DNA of 64,000 bases, taken from NCBI GenBank assembly GCA_951406725.2, contig OX597834.1, forward strand, positions 39,742,001 through 39,806,000. Reading direction: 5' to 3'. Shown here one piece after another: positions 55,262-64,000 of the stretch. Every line of letters starts with the position of its first letter. Position 1 is the first letter of the stretch. Made by a program: the position numbers and the translations under genes. The notes under the pieces were generated by a model. It saw nothing but the letters and a program-made list of their open reading frames with translations, did not search any database and was not told the DNA's origin. The DNA comes from Octopus vulgaris (taxonomy: Eukaryota).

Positions 55262-56389
55262 GTATATGCAAATATACATGTACATATATAGATATATGTA
55301 TGTGTATACATAAACACACACATACAAATATAAATACATATAGACACACAAACACATATATACAATATGTACATATATACATAGACACATACAACATATA
55401 CATCAAATACATATATATATATACATACAATGTATACATATTGTTGCTATTATGTTAAACTGTCATATGTCCAAATTTGACCAACTGCAATTTTTTTTCA
55501 ATATTTATTTTTGCCTGCAATAACCGGTTCTTTTGGTCAAACTATCCCTATCTCCAGCTGCTTCAGATGCCAAGATATCAAAAATTGTCCAAGTGTAGTA
55601 GAATGGTTTTGCTATGGAATGGTGAAGCTATTTTTTCATTTTCTAAAAAAGCAACGTTTTGGACTTACAACACTTTTGCATAATAGCAAAGAGTTATGCA
55701 AATATATTTACACACACACAAATACATATATACACATACAAATATATATATAGATACACACACAATAATATATATATACATATACACACATAATAATCCA
55801 TATATACGTATACACACACAAATACATACAGACAGACAGACATATATATAAATGCATATATAAGCAGATATACACATATGCATATGCTGACACACACACA
55901 GAGCCAAGTTAACTGCAGAAGGTTAAAACAATTCAATTTCTGTTCAAAATGACCTAATTTCAAAATGGCTTGAATTCTAACTTCCTAGTTTGTGACAGTA
56001 AATAAAAAAAAACACAGACATTGATGCTTGTCTAAAATTTAAAAAAAACGACAATTAATAATTAATTAATAACGGTTGATTAATAAGGACAGTTAGAAAA
56101 TAAGAATAATTCAACGAACTCTCCACATCAAATTTGGTTTGAATAAAGAAATATTTGTTTTGTTACGAGCTTTTCATTAATACTATTTAGTTACACTGGT
56201 TGTTAAGTGGTGGACTGGTAGAATCGGTAGAGCATCTAATTTTGCCTTTCTGTTACCATGTATGGCTTAGTAACCAATGTACCACTGCTGCTGCTGCTGC
56301 TGTTGTTACAGCCATGATTTCATTGGATCCAAACTAAATATATATTTAGTTCTATAAATCAATTGCGTAAACATATTATTTATACATTG

Positions 56390-57200
56390 GTCTTTGTGTA
56401 CTTACATAATACTCAGCTGGCTGTGCATGGCCATGTAGTCATCTACATAACACTCTTCTGGCTGTGTACTAACATAATACTTCACTGACTGTATGGCCAT
56501 GTAGCCATCTACATAACTTTACTGGTTGTGCATGGCCATGTAGCCATCTACATAACACTTTTCTGGCTGTGTACTAACATAATACTTCACTGACTGTATG
56601 GCCATGTAGCCATCTACATAACTTTACTGGTTGTGCATGGCCATGTAGCCATCTACATAACACTTTTCTGGCTGTGTACTAGCATAACACTCTGCAGACT
56701 GCATGGCCATGTAGCCATCTACATAAAGCCCTACTGGCTGTGTATGGCCATGTAGCCAACTACATAACTCTTTAGTGATTGTGTATGGCCATGTAGCCAT
56801 CTACATAATGCTCTACTAGCTGTGTATGGCCATGTAGCTAGCTATATAACTCTTTACTGATTGTGTATGGCCATATAGCCATCCACATAACTCTCTACTG
56901 GCTGTGTGTGTCCATGTAGCCATTGACATAACTTTTTGCTGGCTGTGTATGACCATGTGGCCATCTACATAATGTTCTACTGATTGTGTATGGCCATGTA
57001 GCCATCTACATAATGCTCTACAGGTTGTGTATAGCTGTGTAGCAATCTATGTAGCACTCTACTATTTGTGTTTGGCCATGTAGCTATCAACATACTCTAC
57101 TAGCTGTGTATGGCCATGTAGCCATCTACATAACACTATCCTGGCTGTGTGTGGCTGTGTACCAATATGATGCTCATTTGGGTGTGTATGGCCGGGTACT
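56390..57200. repeat. About 41-bp minisatellite (GGCTGTGTATGGCCATGTAGCCATCTACATAACTCTCTACT-like)
   Basis: Directly visible tandem array. Confidence 0.92.
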
Positions 57201-57658
57201 AACATGGAGTGTGGCACAAACATTTAACAGCTGGCAGAACTGTTAGCACGCTGGGTGAAATGCGTAACCGTATTCGTCTGCCTTAATGTTCTGAGTTCAA
57301 ATTCCGCCGAGGTCAACTTTGCCTTTCATCCTTTCGGGGTCAATAACAAACCATTTGTGCAGGTCAATCAACAAAAGCTGAATGCTCATATAATGTCTTG
57401 GAGAGGACAGTCCATCACACCCATTTCCAGCTGTCTACCTATGTACCCAGATACCCTGTCCTGCTTATTGTACATCTGAGTACCTACATATGCGTTTCCT
57501 TGCTCTGTACCAAAGTACCTCTGTTATCAACAACAGAACACAAAGCTAATCCGGCTGTGGCCATTGTTCTGTTATACGTCAGGTTCCAGTAGAAGGATGT
57601 GTGCATGCGTGTGTGTGTGTGCGTCTGTGTGTATGTGTGTATGGGTTTGCATGAGCAA

Positions 57659-57690
<32 letters not shown>

Positions 57691-57835
57691 TTGAATTCAA
57701 TTATAAAGCAGTTTCCAGAAAGGAGTGTGTGTGTGTGTGCGTGTATTGTTCTTTATAGAAGTTCCAGAGAAGGATGTGTGCATGCGTGTGTGTGTGTGCG
57801 TCTGTGTGTTTGTGTGTATGTGTTTGCATGAGCAA

Positions 57836-57878
<43 letters not shown>

Positions 57879-57911
57879 AATTCAATTATAAAGCAGGTTC
57901 CAGGAAGAAGG

Positions 57912-57994
<83 letters not shown>

Positions 57995-59190
57995 TGTGTT
58001 CTATTATAAAGCAAGGACAAGTGAGAGGTTGTATGTGCTTGTTGTTATGCTGAGACAATTAAAAGGATGTGTGTGTGTATAGATGTGTATGGATATGTAT
58101 GTGTGTGTGTGTTTATGTGTGTGTGTGTGTGTGTGTGTGTTTGAATGAGTGTATATTTGGACGTGTGTGTTTCTGGATGTGTGAAAAGATGCATGTGTGA
58201 CTGAATGTATATGTGAATAGATGTATGTGTGTGTGTGTGTGTGTATATGGATGTGTGTGTAGATGTCTGCATTTCTGGATGTGTATGGATGTGTGAATGG
58301 ATGTGTGTGTGTGTGTGTGAGTTTGAATGCTGCGTGTGGTGTGTGAGAATGGCTGTGCATGTGTGTGTGTGTGTGTGTAAATGGATGTATATACGGATGT
58401 GTGTGTGTAGATGTTTATATGGATATGTGTGTGAATGGGTGTGCATGTGTGTATGTGAAAGGATATGTCTGTGTGTGTATGTGTATGAATGGACATGTGT
58501 TATGTGAATGGATGTGCAAGTGTGTATGTGTGTGCATTTCTGGGTGTGCATGTATGTTTGTGTGTGTGCGTGTGAGTGTGTGTGTGTGTGTGTGTGCATT
58601 GTTCTGTAATAAAACACAGACCAACCATTAAAAGATGTCTGTGTCCATTTCTGTGAATATAATATACATTCACACGGTTGAACAAGCCATATTGAAATTT
58701 GATCATATACATATGTGTGCATTTGTGTTTGTGCGTGTGCACGAGTGCGTGCTTGCATGCACAACAATTCAATAGGGTTTAATCTTATTAAAAATTATTC
58801 ATTTAAATTTCACAATAACAATTTTCAAGGTCCACATCTGTTTCTCTCTCAATATGAAATCAATTATTAAGGGTGGATTGTTGAAATTCATAGTCGTGAC
58901 TGGGTATTCTACATTATAATTAAGGGTGGCGGAGGGTGGATTTTTAAGGTTGGTAGTCACTGCAAACTTATAATTAGAACTGGTGTATGTATGTGTATGT
59001 AGGTGTGTGTGTGTGTGTGTGCATATGTATGTAGATATGTGCATGTGTGTATATATACATGCAAACACACACATACACGTTTACGTATACAAATACACAT
59101 ATACATACAAATATACATATGCACATAAACATGTGTGTGTATATATTTATAAATAAATATATAGTATATATATATATATTATATATACAT

Positions 59191-59230
<40 letters not shown>

Positions 59231-60141
59231 GTATACTTGAACATATATATATCTATCTATATATGTATAAATACAAATATACATATATATATATAAAAAT
59301 ATATATATATATATACATATATATATACACATATACACATATATATATATATATACACACACACACATATATATATACACACACACATATATATATACAC
59401 ACACATACACATATATATATATATACACACATACACACACACACATATGCATATGCATATCAGAAAAAATAAACAAGACCTAAATAATATAATTGATATT
59501 TCAATAGATTCATTTCCTACATGCATTTGAATATGAATCAGAGCAGGGGTTAAACATAAGGACCCATGCATCTGAGGATGCAGAATTCTAATGAGCTCTA
59601 ACATTATTGGTCATCATGCATATGTAGTTCATTAAAATGCAGGCATGCACATGTGTGTGTGAGCAAGCACTTGTGTCATCATCATCGTCATCATCATCAT
59701 CATTATTGTTTTAATGTCCACTTCTTCATGTGAGCATGGGTGAGGTAGAATTTATTGGAGCGGATATTCCATGGTCAGATGCTTTTCCGGTCACCAACCC
59801 TCACCTGTTTCCAAGCAAAGTAACATGTCCCCATGGCCAGACATGTTTCCGGAGAATAAAGGAAATAAATGACACAGCTTGCATCATGGTGACACCTGCT
59901 TACAAGTATTGTGTCATGTGAAAACCAGAAGATGCAAACATATCCACATATGTTTATATATATAGGCGCAAGAGTGGCTGTGTGGTGAGTAGCTTGCCCA
60001 AGGAACCACGCAGTGGGACTGAACCCGGGACCATGTGGTTGGTAAGCAAGCTACTTACCACACAGCCACTCCTGTGCCTATTTCTGTATAAATGTATATA
60101 AAAATACATATTCATATACTCTGTGTGTGTGTACGTATATG

Positions 60142-60185
<44 letters not shown>

Positions 60186-60443
60186 CATATAAATGTACAT
60201 ATATAGGCACATGACTTAGCAGTTAGGATGTTGCACTCACGATTGTGGGATCATGTGTCACATTGCTTTGCGATCATTTCGACATCTGACATATGGCACC
60301 CAGTTGCACCTGTACAGGTAATGTCGATCTGATGGAGGGAGTGAGCTTGTGTCTACACAACCATTTGATCACTATAAACAAATCCTCTGCGTGGATTGTC
60401 GACCCCTCATACGTCATTTAACGATGGGAGAGTCTATCATATA

Positions 60444-60846
60444 CAGTAATTCTTTGACTATCACAGGTGTTACATTCCAACCTCACCCCCTGCAATAGGT
60501 GAAAATCTACAAAGTAGAAACAATACTGTATATTTTTAAAATTTTTTATGATTTGTATATATTTATTTTATCATAAATACAATACAATACCATGGAGGAA
60601 TCGATATAAGCTTAAATAATAAACCCCCACCTTGGCTGGTGTCCGTACTGGTGGCACATAAAAAGCACCAATGGATTGTGGCCATTGCCAGCCTCCTCTG
60701 GTCTCTGTGCCAGTGGCACACAAAAAGCACCCACTACACTCACAGAGTGGTTGGTATTAGGAAGGGCAACCCATGCTAGCATGGAAAACAGACGTTAAAC
60801 AATGATGATGATGATAGGTGAACCGCAATATGGCGAGGGATTACTG
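60444..60846. mobile_element. Tigger/pogo-like MITE, copy 2, interrupted by a SINE-C fragment (about 60625-60815)
   Basis: TA|CAGTAATTCTTTGACTATC...GGCGAGGGATTACTG|TA; internal sequence matches 46520-46740. Confidence 0.78.
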
Positions 60847-60859
60847 TATATATCTTAGA

Positions 60860-60941
60860 AGCTCTGATGAAGCTACAGGGTGATACATAAGCTATTCAAC
60901 AAAGAGTGCATTGCACCTTATAGCGGAAACAGTTATAAGCT
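60860..60941 (+). ncRNA. Degenerate hammerhead motif
   Basis: AGCU-CUGAUGA-AGCUACAGGGUG...CACCUUAUAGCG-GAAA-CAGUUA-UA-AGCU; the stem III palindrome has decayed. Confidence 0.55.
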
Positions 60942-61989
60942 AATACAGTTCATTGTATAATTTCTTGTTCTCTTTTCATTTATCCAACTTTTTATTATGC
61001 TCTTTACTATACTAATGGTTTTTTCTATAACATGTATATATTGAGTTCTAATACCAGGCTTGTGCATTTTTATAATCACCATTGTTATTTAGTATCAAGT
61101 ATCCCCCACCACACACCTTTATGTGAGAAAAGAACCTAGTCATTCAATAAACAGAGATCAATAAAAGTGGGTGCTGCCAGACTGAAATAAGTTCTATACC
61201 TGGTATTAGTCACAAGGTGGTGCTCCAGTATGGGCTCAGTCCAATGACTCAGACCCAGCATAAGGCTATGTTATTAAACATTGTTCTTGCTCACAGCCAC
61301 CAATGACTCTTGCGAGTATACTGAAAGGCACATTAAACTAGTTTAATTATGACCTGTGTGTCACTGGGGTAGAGTGAATGATAATGAGGAAAATTAAGAG
61401 AGCAGGTAAAACCAGGTGTTTATAAAAATAAAATTTAAAAAAAACAATTAACAGAGCAGGTGACCTGGTAATGCCTGCAGCTGGAGGGGTAAGGATTGTA
61501 GGTAAAGAATGAGGCAGCAATACAACGTTTCTGAGCTCAAATCCCAGAAGGGGTTACTAGTATTTATGCATTTTGTCGAATTAAGATGTGATCATCATCA
61601 TCGTTGTCATCATTTAATGAATATTTTCAATGATGTCATGGGCTGGACTGTTTTAGAATGCCCTTGGGGCACACAGGTCTGGCAAAACCCAAAGTTATTT
61701 TAAGCTCCAGTGTCAGCTTTGGTATGGTTTCTATGGTTTGATTTCCTTCCCAACGCCAACCACTTCCCAGAGTGCACCAGGTGCCTTTATTTCTTTCATG
61801 GCACCAGCACTAGTGAGGTTGCCAAGTATCTTACAAGACAAGAAAAGAACAGGAATACAGGAAAAAAGAAAATGTCCCCTGGACTATTTAGGGGATGAAG
61901 TGTTTTAGAAGGGTGAGAGAAATTGTTCATTGATGAAATTAAAATAGAAAATAATAGAAATAGTAGAGTATTGAGCTAAATGTCACATA

Positions 61990-62213
61990 TGAGGGGGTAT
62001 TGAGAGGTTCCTGACATTAAGGGTATTGCAAAAGTACCTGGTTGGAGGCCCTATCTTTCGTGTCCTTTTACAGGGCTTAGAAAAGCTGGAGAAGTACTAC
62101 AATAAGAATGTGAATCCGAGAGGAAAATATGTCTAATAAAATCATAATTAAGTGATCCTCATGTATTTTCTTTTACTCAAAGCCAGGAACTTTCCAGCCC
62201 CCACCCCACCTTG
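61990..62213 (+). mobile_element. Mariner-derived MITE, copy 2 (diverged)
   Basis: TA|TGAGGGGGTATTGAGAGGTTCCTGAC...AAAGCCAGGAACTTTCCAGC. Homologous to the reverse complement of 38927-39138; internal LQGLEKLEKYYNKNVNPRGKYV*. Confidence 0.7.
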
Positions 62214-62219
62214 TAGAAT

Positions 62220-62530
62220 TGGTGTTTCCCAGCTGAATAATGTCACTTAGCGTAAGCCATTCTGAACTAAATGTTACATAGCTCTTTGGAGTTTCTGAGC
62301 TAAATGTCACACAGCGTTGTAGCTTTCCAGCTAAATGTCAGTGTTGGAGTTTCCTAACTGAAATGTCACACTGTTGTAGACTTCCTGAACTAAATGTCAG
62401 ATAGTGTTGCAGTTTCTAGCTCAATGTCACAATATTGGAGTTTCCCCAGCTAAATGTCCCACAGCAGTGAAGGCTTAGAGCAAAATGTCACATGTTAGTT
62501 TCCGAGCTAAATGTCACAGAGCGTTCAGAG
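62220..62530. repeat. About 30-bp minisatellite (AGCTAAATGTCACA core)
   Basis: Repeated CTAAATGTCA. Confidence 0.88.
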
Positions 62531-62567
62531 TCATTTATTTTTATGTTTTGATTTTAATTTTCTCCAG

Positions 62568-62647
62568 GGACAGACTTTGTTGTGGATATTTAGGATGATA
62601 AAATAGGGATTAGTAATTTCTGATGTGAACTGAAGAGGGAAATCCAG
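62568..62647 (+). other. Candidate 80-nt non-coding (5'-UTR or lncRNA) exon
   Basis: ttttgattttaattttctccag|GGACAG...AATCCAG|gtaaca; stop codons in all three frames. Confidence 0.5.
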
Positions 62648-62709
62648 GTAACAAGTAATAATAATGACGAGCTCGCCTGTTGAAGATGATGTATATGTGT
62701 TCAGCTTTT

Positions 62710-63235
62710 TGGACACTAAACTCTGCTTTGCGAAGACCTGTGGAGGCAAGTGAAATCAAAATCGAAATCAAATTCGATGACTGGCATCCGTGCTAGTGGA
62801 GCGCTAAGAGTACCATACGAGTGAGATCATTGCCAGAGCGACAAGCTGGCCTTCGTGCCGGTGGCACATAGAAAACACCATTCGAGCATGATTGTTACCT
62901 GCGTCACCTTACTGGCACTTGGGATGGTGACACGTGAAAAAAAATTTGAGCGAGGTCGTTGCCAGTGCTGCTGGACTGGCTCCTGTGCAGGTGGCACATA
63001 AAAAACACCATTTCGAGTGTGGCCATTGCCAGTACTGCCTAACTGGCCCTCATACCGGTGGCACGTAAAAGCACCCACTACACTCTTGGAATGGTTGGCG
63101 CTAGGAAGGGCATCCAGCTGTAGAAACTCTGCCAGATCAGAGTGGAGCCTGGTGCAGCCATCTGGTTTGCCAGACCTCAGTCAAATCATCCAACCCATGC
63201 CAGCATAAAAAGCGGACATTAAACGATGATGATGA
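62710..63235 (+). mobile_element. SINE-C, diverged subfamily. Others at about 39163-39450 (+), 47015-47160 (+), 47657-47865 (-), 34510-34660 (+) and 61590-61830 (-).
   Basis: GGTGGCAC unit repeats and the shared 3' tail. Confidence 0.78.
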
Positions 63236-63474
63236 TCTATGCAAATGATTTGGTTGTAATGACCAAATGTATTTGCTGTACATCAGCTCACTCTGTCCAT
63301 CAAATCCATGTTGCCCAAACAGGTGCATGGTCTTCCATGTGTCAGGTGATCAGAGAGCAACATGAGATGAAATGTCTTGCTCAAGAACACAATGCACCAT
63401 CCAGTCTGGGAATTGAAACTATGGTCTTGCGATTGTGAATGCAACGTTCTAACCACTAGACCGTATGCTCTCAA

Positions 63475-63890
63475 TACTCTTTTACTTGTTTCAGTCATTT
63501 GACTGTGGCCATCTGGAGCACCGCCTTTAGTCGAGCAAATCAACCCGAGGACTTATTCTTTGTAAGCCTAGTACTTATTCTATTGGTCTCTTTTGCCGAA
63601 CCGCTAAGTTACGGGGATGTAAACACACCACCATCGGGTGTCAAGCGATGTTGTGGGGGGGGGGGACAAACACAGAAACACAAACATATATACACACATA
63701 CATATATATATACATATACATATATACGACAGGCTTCTTTCAGTTTCTGTTTACCAAATCCACTCACAAGGCTTTGGTCGGCCCAAGGCTAAAGTAGCAG
63801 ACACTTGCCCAAGGTGCCATGCAGTGGGACTGAACCTGAAACCATGTGGTTGGTAAGCAAGCTACTTACTACACAGCCATTCCTGCGCCT
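63475..63890 (-). mobile_element. SINE-A, full length. Further fragments at about 775-938, 3708-3870, 14711-14870, 16848-17030, 20365-20725, 24570-24715, 27645-27947, 35195-35612, 37260-37385, 43005-43165 and 46783-46981.
   Basis: Colinear with the other copies. Confidence 0.85.
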
Positions 63891-64000
63891 ATAATGATAA
63901 TAATGATAACGATAATAATCCTTTCTACTATAGGCACAAGGGGTGAAATTTTGAGGGAGGGTGGTTAGTCAATTACATCGACCCCAGTGCATAACTGGTA

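Overview
Eukaryotic, AT-rich, repeat-saturated intronic or intergenic DNA. The SINE repertoire and dense (TA)n/(CA)n/(GA)n/(GAT)n microsatellites strongly suggest an octopus (coleoid cephalopod) genome; this assignment is inferred from recognition. No intact protein-coding gene is visible, and nearly all tracked ORFs are translated microsatellites or SINEs. Supported content: dozens of copies of about 5 SINE families, a mariner transposase C-terminal relic with its right ITR, and mariner-, Tigger/pogo-, piggyBac- and probably Harbinger-type MITEs (several nested). There are also two copies of a non-autonomous Helitron and several minisatellites. The least expected signals are (i) five scattered, sequence-unrelated Penelope-type type-I hammerhead ribozyme motifs, two with essentially intact cores; (ii) repeated local fold-back duplications that would give long dsRNA; (iii) three frame-preserving 15/18/45-nt microexon candidates on the minus strand; and (iv) two candidate plus-strand 5'-UTR-like exons, the first followed directly by a minisatellite built from RFX X-box-like motifs. 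Repeat boundaries are approximate and were read by eye.
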